Shown here piece after piece: positions 1-9,509 of a stretch of 64,000 nt of DNA. Below the pieces are notes generated by a model, which saw only the letters and a program-made list of their open reading frames with translations, was not told where the DNA came from and ran no database searches. Every line of letters begins with the position of its first letter. Position 1 is the stretch's first letter. The position numbers and the translations under genes were made by a program. The stretch lies in contig CAVXCS010000003.1 in NCBI GenBank assembly GCA_963760375.1, positions 3,590 to 67,589 on the forward strand, in the 5' to 3' direction. The stretch comes from an uncultured Flavobacteriaceae bacterium. GTDB lineage: Bacteria; Bacteroidota; Bacteroidia; Flavobacteriales; Flavobacteriaceae.

Positions 1-561
1 GGTTGCAGTATAACAGCGGTAAATAAGGGAAAAAGTGTTGCGCACAGCCTTGGTTTTGCCCCCTCGAACGGCCTTATCATGGGTTCCAGGAGTGGGGATA
101 TCGACCATTCCATTATTTTTTATTTGGTAGAGGGATTGGGATATTCGCTCGAGGAGGTCAACCGAATCCTTACCAAAGAAAGTGGGATGTTGGGACTTAC
201 AGGCCATGGCGATTTAAGGGATATCGAATCGAGGGCCGACAACGGGGATGCCGATTGCATTTTGGCGCTGGAAATGAATGCCTATAGGATCAAACAATAT
301 ATCGGTGCCTATGCGGCGGTCATGAACGGACTGGATGCGATCGTTTTCACCGCCGGGATAGGGGAAAACTCGAGCAAGATGAGAAAATTGGTGTGTTCCG
401 ATATGGAGTATCTGGGCATTGCTTTGGACAGTGTCGCGAACAACTCGCCATCGAAATCGCTTCGCGAGATCCAAACAAAAGATGCCAAGGTGAAGGTTTT
501 GGTGATTCCGACCAAAGAGGAACTCGAAATCGCAAAGCAGGCCTTTCAACTGCTTTCCTGA
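1..561 (+). CDS. ackA: acetate kinase, C-terminal part (5' end outside window)
   Basis: Frame 1 is open from base 1. The translation ...GFAPSNGLIMGSRSGDIDHSII...VFTAGIGENS...VLVIPTKEELEIA matches the conserved C-terminal half of acetate kinases. Stop at 559-561. Confidence 0.9.
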   Translation, partial: GCSITAVNKGKSVAHSLGFAPSNGLIMGSRSGDIDHSIIFYLVEGLGYSLEEVNRILTKESGMLGLTGHGDLRDIESRADNGDADCILALEMNAYRIKQYIGAYAAVMNGLDAIVFTAGIGENSSKMRKLVCSDMEYLGIALDSVANNSPSKSLREIQTKDAKVKVLVIPTKEELEIAKQAFQLLS

Positions 562-866
562 TGATTGTTCAGTTTTTTAAAAGGCCCGCTTGTAGATATG
601 TGCCAATACACCGATACCCAATGAAGGAGTGCTGCCCATTCAATTATTTTTGGACTTCATCAAGCCCGTGTAGTGTTGCTTCATAAAGGTGTTTCGCATC
701 GAATCCATGATGCTGTCGAGGTTCACCCGTAACGAATCGCACTCCATGTTTGAATAGGTATGGGAATAGATCGAATCGTATTTGATCAGGTTGCCCAACG
801 CATCGTATTCCTTTTTTCATGATTCAAGATTTTAAAGACAAAACATCAAAATTCAATGATGGGCCG

Positions 867-1274
867 TCATCCACTTCTTCTTGGGCTAACGGTTCTGTTG
901 CTCCTTCCGCGGTTGGCATTGTGGTCTTCATGATAGCGTTGAATATTATCGTCTTGATAATCCCTGATGCGGGTATATCTCGTGCGTCTCAGATCGAAAT
1001 TCCGGTATCTGGGGGGCAACTCGTTGCGCCTCACCCACACGCCTCCATCCAGATAGAGATAGGTTCGGGCCGAAAGGTCATAATAGATGCTCAGTTCAGG
1101 AAAATAGATATAGCGAACCACTTCCAACCGATGGGGATAAAACCATGGCGGAGGGGGATGGCTGGGCCGTGATGAAATGATCACAGGACCGCAACCCACC
1201 AAAACCAATAGCAATAAATAGGGCATGAGCGATCTTATGCTCCTTAACGAAGATGTGTTTTCCATGGTCGACAT
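867..1274 (-). CDS. hypothetical lipoprotein
   Basis: 135-aa ORF with a signal peptide and lipobox (LLLLVLVGC), then a Pro/Arg/Tyr-rich region. No family recognised. Confidence 0.55.
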   Translation of the reverse strand: MSTMENTSSLRSIRSLMPYLLLLVLVGCGPVIISSRPSHPPPPWFYPHRLEVVRYIYFPELSIYYDLSARTYLYLDGGVWVRRNELPPRYRNFDLRRTRYTRIRDYQDDNIQRYHEDHNANRGRSNRTVSPRRSG

Positions 1275-1323
1275 ATTTTATCAATTCAAGCACAAAATAA
1301 GGGGTGTCCGATTGCTTTTGGAA

Positions 1324-1366
1324 TGATCTAAATCATTTTGGTCATGAATCATTTGTAATAATTTTG
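1324..1366 (+). promoter_or_regulatory. motif-B operator plus -7 box (promoter of 1406..1792)
   Basis: AATGATCTAAATCATT with core TGAY-N4-RTCA at 1324-1335. TTTG immediately follows. Perfect TAATTTTG at 1359-1366. The first T of the box is 29.5 bp from the palindrome centre. Confidence 0.7.
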
Positions 1367-1405
1367 GAGCAACATATGAATTGAAATTATTTTAAAAACC
1401 ATATT

Positions 1406-1792
1406 ATGGAAACCGAAGTCATTTATAATTCGAATCTGCATTTTGAACATGAACAATGGAAAGGGGAACTGTACTTCTGGAAGGATGAGCTCAAATCATT
1501 CAATATCCGCTTGAGCGAATTGGTTACCCGATGGACAAAGCAAGAGGTCTTGAAACAGTTGGAGCATTTTCAGAACGAATTTATCCTCCATGGCGGGGTC
1601 ATCGACGATTTGTTGGAAACCATAGAAAAACATGAGACCCGTATCGCCGCCCAAAGTAAAACGGGGGTGGAGGTGATGGATACCCAATTGTTCAAGAAAC
1701 ACCTCGAATTCAGAGATCAAATGGAAACCCAAAGGCAGATCTATGCGGATCTCAAAAAAGATTTCTTCAAGTTCCTTACCAAGTACATGTAG
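1406..1792 (+). CDS. hypothetical helical protein, paralog family member 1
   Basis: 128-aa ORF. Its N-terminal E-x-W-x2-EL-x-FWKDEL-x2-F signature is shared with 4004..4411 and 62016..62468. Confidence 0.6.
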   Translation: METEVIYNSNLHFEHEQWKGELYFWKDELKSFNIRLSELVTRWTKQEVLKQLEHFQNEFILHGGVIDDLLETIEKHETRIAAQSKTGVEVMDTQLFKKHLEFRDQMETQRQIYADLKKDFFKFLTKYM

Positions 1793-1876
1793 TTCATTTC
1801 CGGAACCATTCCCGTTTCGGGCAATAAATCGTACTTTACATGGGAAATCACGAGAGATAACCCAACACCAAATTGA

Positions 1877-3148
1877 ATGCAGATCCATGAGGAAATCAGC
1901 CAAATGATCGACTCCAACATCCTTGGGGTTTTGATCAGTACGGGCATTGGTCTTATCTTGGGCTTGGAAAGGGAATACGACAAGCTCAAACAAGAACAGA
2001 GTGTTGCGGGTATCCGTACCTTCCCCATTGTGACCATCATTGGTTTTTCAGTGGGTAGTCTCCGGGAACACTTTTCCCCATGGATATCGATCATGGGTTT
2101 GGGCACCTTTATCTTGATCATGGGAATCTACCAATTGTCGAGGGCGCAAACCGAAGGCACCAAGGGCCTGACCACCAATTTGGCGCTCATCGCCACTTTT
2201 ATTCTGGGCCTGATGGTCTCTGCCGAACATTATAGGGATGCGGTCGCCACGGCGGTCATCATCGTAACCTTACTCTCAATGAAGGCCAGTTTTCGCTCGG
2301 TGATCAGCAATATTACCTCCGAGGAACTTTTTGCATTTATCAAGTTTGCCATCCTTGCCCTGCTTATTTTACCATTTCTTCCCAACAGCAACTATGGCCC
2401 GGAGAAGCTGTTGAACCCTTTTGAAATAGGTTCGATCATCGTCATCGTTTCGCTGTTGAATTTTATAGGATATTTTTTGGTAAAATTTGTAGGTGCCAAA
2501 AGGGGCATCTTGTTCACGGCGGTTTTGGGCGGTCTTATCTCAAGTACCGCGGTGAGTTGGAGTTATGCCACACGAAGCAGGGAATCCCCTGAACTATCCT
2601 CCAAATATGCCGCGGGCATCAGTATCGCCTCGGCTATCATGTTTCCTAGATTGGCCTTATTGGCCTACATTTTCAACGCCAAAATTTTATGGTACCTCGC
2701 ATTGCCGTTTGGAATCCTAAGCTTGATCTGCCTGATCGTTGCCCTAACGTTGATCAAAAAGGACAGCAGCAGCATGAATACGGAAATCAAGTTGGGCAAC
2801 CCGCTCAATATTGTAAATGCCATCGGATTTGGTATCCTCTTCGTGGTGATTTCCTATGCCGTTTTTTATGCCAATCGGTTCTTCGGCGAAAGCGGACTCT
2901 ATTATTCCGCCCTGATCGCGGGCTTGGCCGATACGGATGCCATCACGATCAGCATGGCAAAATTTTCCCTTGAGGGGGAGAAGCTCCGACTTGCGGCCAA
3001 CGTAATTTTGGCCGCCACTTTGAGCAATATGTTGGTCAAATTGGGCATTACCCTTTTTAAAGGGTCCAGGACGACCGGTAAAATGGTAGGCCTTACCTTT
3101 GGGGGCATTCTTGTGATTGGCTTTTTATTTATCGTCATCCTTCATTAA
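1877..3148 (+). CDS. MgtC/SapB-family membrane protein with long polytopic C-terminal extension (DUF4010-like)
   Basis: 423-aa polytopic ORF. The N-terminal GIGLILGLEREY is an MgtC-type motif. Confidence 0.75.
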   Translation: MQIHEEISQMIDSNILGVLISTGIGLILGLEREYDKLKQEQSVAGIRTFPIVTIIGFSVGSLREHFSPWISIMGLGTFILIMGIYQLSRAQTEGTKGLTTNLALIATFILGLMVSAEHYRDAVATAVIIVTLLSMKASFRSVISNITSEELFAFIKFAILALLILPFLPNSNYGPEKLLNPFEIGSIIVIVSLLNFIGYFLVKFVGAKRGILFTAVLGGLISSTAVSWSYATRSRESPELSSKYAAGISIASAIMFPRLALLAYIFNAKILWYLALPFGILSLICLIVALTLIKKDSSSMNTEIKLGNPLNIVNAIGFGILFVVISYAVFYANRFFGESGLYYSALIAGLADTDAITISMAKFSLEGEKLRLAANVILAATLSNMLVKLGITLFKGSRTTGKMVGLTFGGILVIGFLFIVILH

Positions 3149-3217
3149 AGGCTGATTTTCACGGTTTGTCAATTGGGGTGATCGTCTTATCTTTATTATT
3201 ACTTTGAAAAAATAACG

Positions 3218-3982
3218 ATGCGACTGGTATCATGGAACGTGAACGGCATAAGGGCAGCTGCGAAAAAGGATTTTTTTGAGGCCATCAAAGCCATGGATCC
3301 CGACATCCTATGCCTGCAGGAAACCAAGGCACAGGTAGCGGAGGCGGAGGAAGCCCTTGCCACTTTGAAACGGTACCATGTACAATGTAATTCGGCCGAC
3401 AAAAAGGGCTATTCCGGAACCGCTTTATTGAGTAAGACCAAGCCCCTGAGCATCAATGAAGATATGGGCATCGCGGCCCATGACGAGGAAGGCCGGGTAC
3501 AGTGCGCCGAATACCCCGGTTTCTATTTGGTCAACGTATATGTTCCCAATTCGGGGCAACAATTAGACCGATTGGATTACCGCAAGCAATGGGATTCCGA
3601 CTTTTTGAAGTATTTAAAAAAACTGGAGCGAAGCAAACCCGTAATTGTATGCGGGGATTTTAACGTGGCGCACAGGCCCATCGACCTCAAGAACGACAAG
3701 GCCAATTACAACAAAACGGCAGGGTATACCCAAATCGAAATCGATGGCATGGACCATTTTTTGGAGGCGGGGTTCATCGATACCTTTCGGCATTTTCACC
3801 CGCAGGAAGTGGCCTATACCTATTGGAGTTATCGGTTCAAGGCCAGGGAACGCAATACGGGATGGCGCCTCGACTATTTTTTGGTCAGCAAGATTTTGAT
3901 CGATAAGGTAAAAGGGGTCCCCATTTATTCAGATATCCTAGGGTCTGACCATTGCCCCATCGGCCTTGATATCGGTCTATGA
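3218..3982 (+). CDS. xth: exodeoxyribonuclease III
   Basis: MRLVSWNVNGIRAA...ILCLQETK...GDFNVAH...SDHCPI are classic ExoIII/AP-endonuclease motifs over 254 aa. Confidence 0.9.
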   Translation: MRLVSWNVNGIRAAAKKDFFEAIKAMDPDILCLQETKAQVAEAEEALATLKRYHVQCNSADKKGYSGTALLSKTKPLSINEDMGIAAHDEEGRVQCAEYPGFYLVNVYVPNSGQQLDRLDYRKQWDSDFLKYLKKLERSKPVIVCGDFNVAHRPIDLKNDKANYNKTAGYTQIEIDGMDHFLEAGFIDTFRHFHPQEVAYTYWSYRFKARERNTGWRLDYFLVSKILIDKVKGVPIYSDILGSDHCPIGLDIGL

Positions 3983-4003
3983 TGCACAAATCTTTAAGGG
4001 TAT

Positions 4004-4411
4004 TCAGAGTTTCTTTGCATATCCAAAGACCATTTTTTTAAACTCCCGGAAGTCATTTTCGAAAATCGCGATCTTCTCCCCCAACTCACGGTGCCTTTCG
4101 CGGTAGTCCCCATCAGACAATCCTTTTTCTCCCTTGATCAGTCGTGACAACAATTGATCGTGTTCCATGATGTCTTTCACCAGATAATCGTACAGGCTGC
4201 TATGGATCGTATCGAGATATTGGAGCATTTTTCCGTACTCGGACATCTGCTGTCCCGATTTTTCCTTGTTCTTTAAAAGCGTATCGAAGAATTTGGTCTC
4301 ATCTTTCCAAAAGGCAACGGTTTCAAGCCATTCCCGGCTTTCCTGATGCAGGATATTCAAACCTGCCCCCAATAAAAATTCGATTTTGGGACTTGTTTTT
4401 GTCTTGTTCAT
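4004..4411 (-). CDS. hypothetical helical protein, paralog family member 2
   Basis: 135-aa ORF. ESREWLETVAFWKDETKFF is the same signature as 1406..1792 and 62016..62468. Confidence 0.6.
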   Translation of the reverse strand: MNKTKTSPKIEFLLGAGLNILHQESREWLETVAFWKDETKFFDTLLKNKEKSGQQMSEYGKMLQYLDTIHSSLYDYLVKDIMEHDQLLSRLIKGEKGLSDGDYRERHRELGEKIAIFENDFREFKKMVFGYAKKL

Positions 4412-4718
4412 AGTTCCAGGATTAAGAGTTCATCTTTATTCCAACTAAATAACCTGAGGCTCGATTTTAACCACTTTTGAGCAATCTTCAAAACTGTTCA
4501 ACTGCCATATACGATAAAACCACTGGATATTATACCGGGTTTCGAGGATAGAATATTCCAAAAGTCAATAGTGCTTTCCATGCCCGAACCCGTCCAATTC
4601 GCCCGTGATCAAACGACTTCATCGCTATTGCCCATGGGTCTATCCATCGCAGCCAACAGATCAAAGGGCAATTGCCTGCAACGGTATCCAAGGTAGGTAG
4701 GAATCTAAAAAAATGATA

Positions 4719-4761
4719 TGACATAAATCATATCATTCGATTGGCAAATACATTACTTTTA
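4719..4761 (+). promoter_or_regulatory. motif-B operator plus -7 box (promoter of ytxH-like operon 4803..5749)
   Basis: TGACATAAATCA at 4719-4730 is nested in a longer inverted repeat, AATGATATGA(4712-4721)/TCATATCATT(4728-4737). TACTTTTA at 4754-4761 starts 29.5 bp from the centre. Confidence 0.65.
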
Positions 4762-4802
4762 CTCAGCAATTTAATAGTTACAACAATTAAAAATCAAAGA
4801 TC

Positions 4803-5132
4803 ATGACAGACAATAGTGGAAACGTATTATTGGCGTTATTAACCGGTGCGGCCATAGGTGCCGGTATCGGAATTTTATATGCCCCGGACAAAGGATCTGA
4901 AACCCGTTCGAAAATCAAGCAAAAAGCGAAGGATGCAAAACACGACCTTACCGATCGCATTTCGCATGCCAAGGACGAACTGACCAAGACCGCCAAGGAA
5001 AAAAAGGACGAGTTCGAGCAAAAATTGGAGGACACCATTTCCCAGATGAGCTATAAGGCAGACGATATCATCGCCACTTTGGAGCACAAATTGGAAGAGC
5101 TCAAGAAAAAGAACGCCCAATTCCAGAAATAA
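4803..5132 (+). CDS. YtxH-domain protein
   Basis: An N-terminal TM with GAAIGAGIGILYAPDKGSETR, then a charged helical tail, is typical of the YtxH family. Confidence 0.75.
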   Translation: MTDNSGNVLLALLTGAAIGAGIGILYAPDKGSETRSKIKQKAKDAKHDLTDRISHAKDELTKTAKEKKDEFEQKLEDTISQMSYKADDIIATLEHKLEELKKKNAQFQK

Positions 5133-5138
5133 CGGCCC

Positions 5139-5489
5139 ATGGCTTTTGAAGAATTAAAAATGGACCTCAAGGAGGCGGATGCCGATTTGAGGTCTTATTT
5201 GGAACATAGTGAAGAGCACCTGAAGCTGAAAGTCTTCAAGGTGTTTATGGTTTCCGTTACCACCGCAGCACAGGCTTTGCTGATCGGTGCGATATCGCTG
5301 TTGGCTCTTTTTATGCTCTCTTTGGCCGTATCATACGCCCTTGGGGAATTATGGAACGACATCTACCTGGGCTTTTTGGCTGTGGGACTATTTTATTTGG
5401 TCCTTGCCATCGTTTGTTATCTATTAAGGGAAAAATTGAATTCGCCCATATTAAAAAAGTTTTCTAAATATTATTTCGACGCCCTATGA
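5139..5489 (+). CDS. small two-TM membrane protein (phage-holin-family/Holin-X-like)
   Basis: 116 aa with a charged N-terminus and two hydrophobic helices. It sits 6 nt after the YtxH gene. Confidence 0.55.
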   Translation: MAFEELKMDLKEADADLRSYLEHSEEHLKLKVFKVFMVSVTTAAQALLIGAISLLALFMLSLAVSYALGELWNDIYLGFLAVGLFYLVLAIVCYLLREKLNSPILKKFSKYYFDAL

Positions 5490-5749
5490 ACTACCACTAC
5501 AGCTCTTTCAAGGAAATCGATGAACGCCTTAGGATATTGGCCCTGCAACGGGAAATCAGCAAGGAGAGCCTAAAGCTGAACCTTTATTCTGCCAAAAGGG
5601 ATATATTTCCTTCCCATATTATCAGCGGATTGAGCGGTTCGCTCCAAAAATTGGTGCTCACTTGGGTGCTTAAAACAATGGTGGCCAAGTTTCGCAAGCC
5701 CAAGGAAAAAGAAGTTTCCGAACAAACCAAGGTCGATCAACTGAACTGA
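5486..5749 (+). CDS. hypothetical protein
   Basis: 87-aa ORF overlapping the previous stop by 4 nt (ATGA coupling). No family recognised. Confidence 0.45.
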   Translation: MNYHYSSFKEIDERLRILALQREISKESLKLNLYSAKRDIFPSHIISGLSGSLQKLVLTWVLKTMVAKFRKPKEKEVSEQTKVDQLN

Positions 5750-6807
5750 GCCACTTTTTTTAGGGCCTCTTTGTCTTTCAATATGATTTTTCTTCCCTGA
5801 TCGGTGGTGATCAATCCTTCATCCTTGAAATCGGACAAGGTGCGGATCGCGGTTTCGGTCGCGGTTCCGATCATCCCGGCAAAATCTTCCCTTGGGATCC
5901 CGACTCCATTATTCGCCCTATCCTGAACAATCCCTTTCTCGAACAACTGTAATAGTGCCTTGGCGGCCCTTTGCCGCACCGAAGCATATGCCATATCCAC
6001 CAGGTGCTCTTGAACATCGATCAAATTGGCCGACATCATGGTGATGAACTTCTGCGAAATCACTTGGTTGCTGAAAAGTAGGTTGGTGAATTCCTCTTTT
6101 GGAATGGCATACAGGTTGGCATCCTCAACCACTTTTGCCGTTTCAATATACCTTCCGTCGCTGTTGAGCAATGACAGTTGCCCTACGAAGTCGCCCGCAC
6201 TGTAGATGCCCGTAACGAATTCCTTCCCTGATTCAGTGCCCACATAGGTCTTTACCGTACCACTTTCGATGAGATAGAGGGCATGGGCACCATCCCCTTC
6301 CCAAAAAACGAATTCGTTTTTTTCATATTTTTTCAGATCGTGCGATTTGGAAAGACTTTCCAAATCGATATGATTAGAGGCCCCTTCGAGGAAGTTATTG
6401 ATGCCGGAAAGGTTTTTGGCTATTTCTGTTTTCAGGAAATCGCGCTTTTGAAGGCGGCTCTGTATGGCATCCAACAATTCCTGTTCTTCAAAGGGTTTGG
6501 TTAAATAATCATCTGCGCCGAGGTTCATCCCCTCACGGACATCGGCCCTACTGGTCTTTGCGGTTAAAAAAATAAACGGGACGCCCGCAGTACCGCCATT
6601 TTGGTTCAATTGGCGCAACACCGAATAACCATCCATTTCCGGCATCATGATATCACAGATCACAATGTCGGGCAAAAATTCAAACGCCATGGCGATACCG
6701 ATTTTGCCGTTTTCCGCCGTGGCCACTTCGTAATTGGCCAATCTTAGGATTTCTGCCGTATTTTCCCGCACATCCATGTTGTCTTCAATAAGCAGTACTT
6801 TTTGCAT
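5737..6807 (-). CDS. response regulator: REC + cNMP-binding + Crp/Fnr-type HTH (RR-Crp1)
   Basis: REC motifs (LLIEDN...DIVICDIMMPEMDG...LTAKT...GADDYLTKPF), a cNMP-binding beta-roll (FWEGDGAHALYLIESGTVK) and a C-terminal HTH (GTATETAIRTLSDFKDEGLI, about 5833-5895). Confidence 0.9.
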   Translation of the reverse strand: MQKVLLIEDNMDVRENTAEILRLANYEVATAENGKIGIAMAFEFLPDIVICDIMMPEMDGYSVLRQLNQNGGTAGVPFIFLTAKTSRADVREGMNLGADDYLTKPFEEQELLDAIQSRLQKRDFLKTEIAKNLSGINNFLEGASNHIDLESLSKSHDLKKYEKNEFVFWEGDGAHALYLIESGTVKTYVGTESGKEFVTGIYSAGDFVGQLSLLNSDGRYIETAKVVEDANLYAIPKEEFTNLLFSNQVISQKFITMMSANLIDVQEHLVDMAYASVRQRAAKALLQLFEKGIVQDRANNGVGIPREDFAGMIGTATETAIRTLSDFKDEGLITTDQGRKIILKDKEALKKVAQFS

Positions 6808-9343
6808 CTTCTTTTAAATTTAATGGAATTTCAATGGTAAAGGTGCTTCCCTTACCCACCTCACTTTCAAAATCGATGGTACCGCCCACCAGGTCGATGT
6901 ATTGCTTCACGATATGCAGGCCCAGTCCCGTACCTTGAATATTGGCCGCATTGGCGGCCCTAAAAAACCGATCGAACAGGTTTTTCTGCTCTGCTACCGG
7001 AATACCGATTCCCCGATCGATCACTTCGATTTTGGCACGGCCCCGTTCGCTCGACACCAGACAGGTGATTTCTTGATCCTCGTTCGAATATTTTATGGCA
7101 TTCGACAATAAGTTGTTGATCATATGGCCCAGCATCTTTTTATCGGAACAAGTGATGATTGGATCTGCGGACGTTTTCAAGACCAATTGCTGACCCTCTT
7201 TTTTGTTGATTTCCATCTCTTCCATCAAGGATTTGATATAAGAGGAAATATCAAAATATTCCGGTTTGGGCTTCACCTTGCCTTCTTCCAACTTGCTCAA
7301 GGAAAGGAAATCATTGAGAATGACCACCAAATTTTTGACGTTCGCTTTGATCCTGTCAACATGTTTCTCCCTTCTCTCCTCCTTACCAGGTTCATTTTGT
7401 TTGCCGATAAGAATGGCGGAGGAAAGGATGGCACTCAATGGGGTACGGAATTCATGGGAGGCCATCGATATGAAGCGCGATTTTAATTCGTTGAGTTCCC
7501 TTTCGCTGATCAGTGCCTTGAGCAATTCATCCTGTACCATTTTTTGATCGGTGATATTGCTATATACAAACAGGCCCCATACTATTTTGTCATCGGAATA
7601 GAGGGGAGTTGAATTGATCGAATAGACGTTTTCGTTGTATGTGATCTCATCGGTGGCATGTTCGCCGCTTAGGGTTTGAAGCACCAGGGCTTGGATTCTT
7701 TCGATTTGGGCCGTGGAAAATTCCGGGATATCCTCTAGGCGTTTTCCCTCCAAATCGCTCTTTTTTAGATGCAACCGCTCCAATTCTTCCCCTTCAACAT
7801 ACACAATTTCAAGATTTTGATTGAAGACGACAATGATACCTTTTGGAAAATTTTGGGCGATTGCCGAAATCAATGTTTGGCTCCTTAGCGCTTTGTCCTC
7901 AGCGATTTGGGTTTCCTTGATTTGATCTTCCAAATTAAGATTGCTCTCCTTCAATTGCTGCACCGTCGCATTCAGTTCCCCGGTACGTGCCCGTACTTGG
8001 TCTTCCAGGTTTTGGGTATATTTTTCCAATTTCCTTTGACTGGCCTCCAATTCGATTCCGATTTGATTTTGGTGGATGGCCAAAGCCGCCAGTTGTGAAA
8101 GATCGGCCATGATTTCCCTATCGGTTTTAAGCGGAATTTTAGGGGATTCACAATACACCGAAAAGGTACCCAGCACCTCTTGATTCTTTGAAATAATGGG
8201 TATTGACCAGCAAGATTTCAAGTTGTTTTCAAGGGCAGTTTCATGATAGGCCTTCCAATAGGGATCTTTTGCAAAATCGGGCACGAACACCTCTCTTTTG
8301 GTGTAGGCCGATACACCGCAGGAACACCCTTCGGGACCCACTGGCATTCCCTCCAAGGCTTTTTGCAAGGCCTTGGGCAAACTTGGGGCCGCCAATTGGT
8401 GCAAGGTGCCCTTTTTGTGGTCAAGAACCGTAATGCTCGCCATACAGCCCTGAAAATGCGCTTCTGCAGCCCTGACAATATAATTTGCAATGACTTTGAG
8501 GGGTTGGTCCATCGCGATTTTCTCCAAGATCCTTCGGATATCATCTTTAAGTTGCAGGGCCTTTTTCTCCTTGGTCACATCATGCTGTACGCCGATAAAA
8601 TGGGTCAGGTTTTGTTCTTGGTCATATACCGGGGTAATGGTGAGTTCGTTCCAGAACAGGGTGCCATCTTTGCGGTAATTTCGAAGTACCACCTTACAGT
8701 CGTTCCCTTTTTTGATGGCTTTTCGCAGTCTTTTCAAAGCGGGTTGATTTCGATCTCCGTTTTGTAAAAAGCGGCAGTTACGACCCAAAACTTCACTGTT
8801 TCGGTATCCCGTCATGCGGCTAAAGGCCGGGTTGCTATAGATAACGGGCATTTCGGGATCAAGCGCATCCGCTATCAAAATACCGTTGCCGGCAGCGTTC
8901 AGGGCCCTGTTGCGAACATCAAGGGAATTTTGTACCGATAGTGTATGGGCCACCGATTTGGCCATGGTCGATATTCCTTTGAAGGTATCATGGGTGCGGT
9001 TCACAAAGGCAAGCGCTATAGGTTGCTCTTTTTGGCGCAACGACACCAACTTGAGCTTCAAGTTCATAGGGTTGTCTTCTTTGTCATGGCCCACGAATTC
9101 AAGGCTGGCATCACCGTTGAGCTGTCGCAATTGGTCCAAGAGCGCCTTGCGATCGGCTTTTGCGATGTGGTCCACCAATTTTCGACCCGCCATTTGATTG
9201 GAGGCGTACCCGAATAAGTTCAAAAAGGAGGGATTGGCCATAACGATCTTGCTGTTCAAATCAAGAAGGCCGACCGCTTCCGAACCGTAGTCGAAGACGT
9301 GCTTAAAAATAACCGAATCTGTAATTTGTGCCATCATGTTCAA
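6785..9343 (-). CDS. PAS-LOV-GAF-PAS sensor histidine kinase (HK1)
   Basis: 852-aa ORF. The track start at 9343 is TTG; the first ATG is at 9337. It has a LOV signature GRNCRFLQ, a GAF-like middle region, HisKA (SHEFRTPL) and HATPase (GTGLGL...GKGSTF) motifs. It overlaps the RR gene by 23 nt. Confidence 0.9.
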   Translation of the reverse strand: MNMMAQITDSVIFKHVFDYGSEAVGLLDLNSKIVMANPSFLNLFGYASNQMAGRKLVDHIAKADRKALLDQLRQLNGDASLEFVGHDKEDNPMNLKLKLVSLRQKEQPIALAFVNRTHDTFKGISTMAKSVAHTLSVQNSLDVRNRALNAAGNGILIADALDPEMPVIYSNPAFSRMTGYRNSEVLGRNCRFLQNGDRNQPALKRLRKAIKKGNDCKVVLRNYRKDGTLFWNELTITPVYDQEQNLTHFIGVQHDVTKEKKALQLKDDIRRILEKIAMDQPLKVIANYIVRAAEAHFQGCMASITVLDHKKGTLHQLAAPSLPKALQKALEGMPVGPEGCSCGVSAYTKREVFVPDFAKDPYWKAYHETALENNLKSCWSIPIISKNQEVLGTFSVYCESPKIPLKTDREIMADLSQLAALAIHQNQIGIELEASQRKLEKYTQNLEDQVRARTGELNATVQQLKESNLNLEDQIKETQIAEDKALRSQTLISAIAQNFPKGIIVVFNQNLEIVYVEGEELERLHLKKSDLEGKRLEDIPEFSTAQIERIQALVLQTLSGEHATDEITYNENVYSINSTPLYSDDKIVWGLFVYSNITDQKMVQDELLKALISERELNELKSRFISMASHEFRTPLSAILSSAILIGKQNEPGKEERREKHVDRIKANVKNLVVILNDFLSLSKLEEGKVKPKPEYFDISSYIKSLMEEMEINKKEGQQLVLKTSADPIITCSDKKMLGHMINNLLSNAIKYSNEDQEITCLVSSERGRAKIEVIDRGIGIPVAEQKNLFDRFFRAANAANIQGTGLGLHIVKQYIDLVGGTIDFESEVGKGSTFTIEIPLNLKEDAKSTAY
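8573..8908 (-). other. LOV (flavin, blue-light) domain inside HK1
   Basis: GILIADA...PVIYSNPAFSRMTGY...GRNCRFLQ...RNYRKDGTLFWNELTITPV...FIGVQHDVT. The adduct-forming Cys codon is at 8774-8776. Confidence 0.85.
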
Positions 9344-9466
9344 AAAGGCGGCGAAAACCGATTGTTTTTTGCATTTTTGCCATTATCGGGTTTCCATTTA
9401 CCTGTGAACCGGAAAAATAGCTTGGTAACAGGCGTTGGATTTCCAAAATGGTAATTCCCCGCAGTT

Positions 9467-9509
9467 CAAATGTATCATAGCTATCTCCGTATTAAAATGA
9501 TATTGGTCA
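9467..9509 (-). promoter_or_regulatory. motif-B operator plus -7 box (promoter of HK1/RR-Crp1 operon)
   Basis: AATGATATTGGTCAGC with core at 9498-9509. On the minus strand a perfect TACATTTG lies at 9474-9467, starting 29.5 bp from the centre. The operator is flanked by two copies of the palindrome ATAGCTAT (9477-9484, 9512-9519). Confidence 0.7.

Noticed and set aside
640-820. A minus-strand reading of about 60 codons (MKKEYDALGNLIKYDSIYSHTYSNMECDSLRVNLDSIMDSMRNTFMKQHYTGLMKSKNN) appears if the T6 run at 812-817 is shortened by one base.
   Set aside because: It requires assuming an indel in a homopolymer, and the alternative in-frame 58-codon reading also exists. I recognise no family, so I cannot support it as a gene or pseudogene from sequence alone.
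4412-4718. About 300 bp of apparently empty intergenic DNA, containing track ORF 4530..4724, upstream of the ytxH operator. I considered an ncRNA or a gene remnant.
   Set aside because: I saw no convincing stem-loops, riboswitch-like conserved cores or protein motifs. Nothing supports a call.
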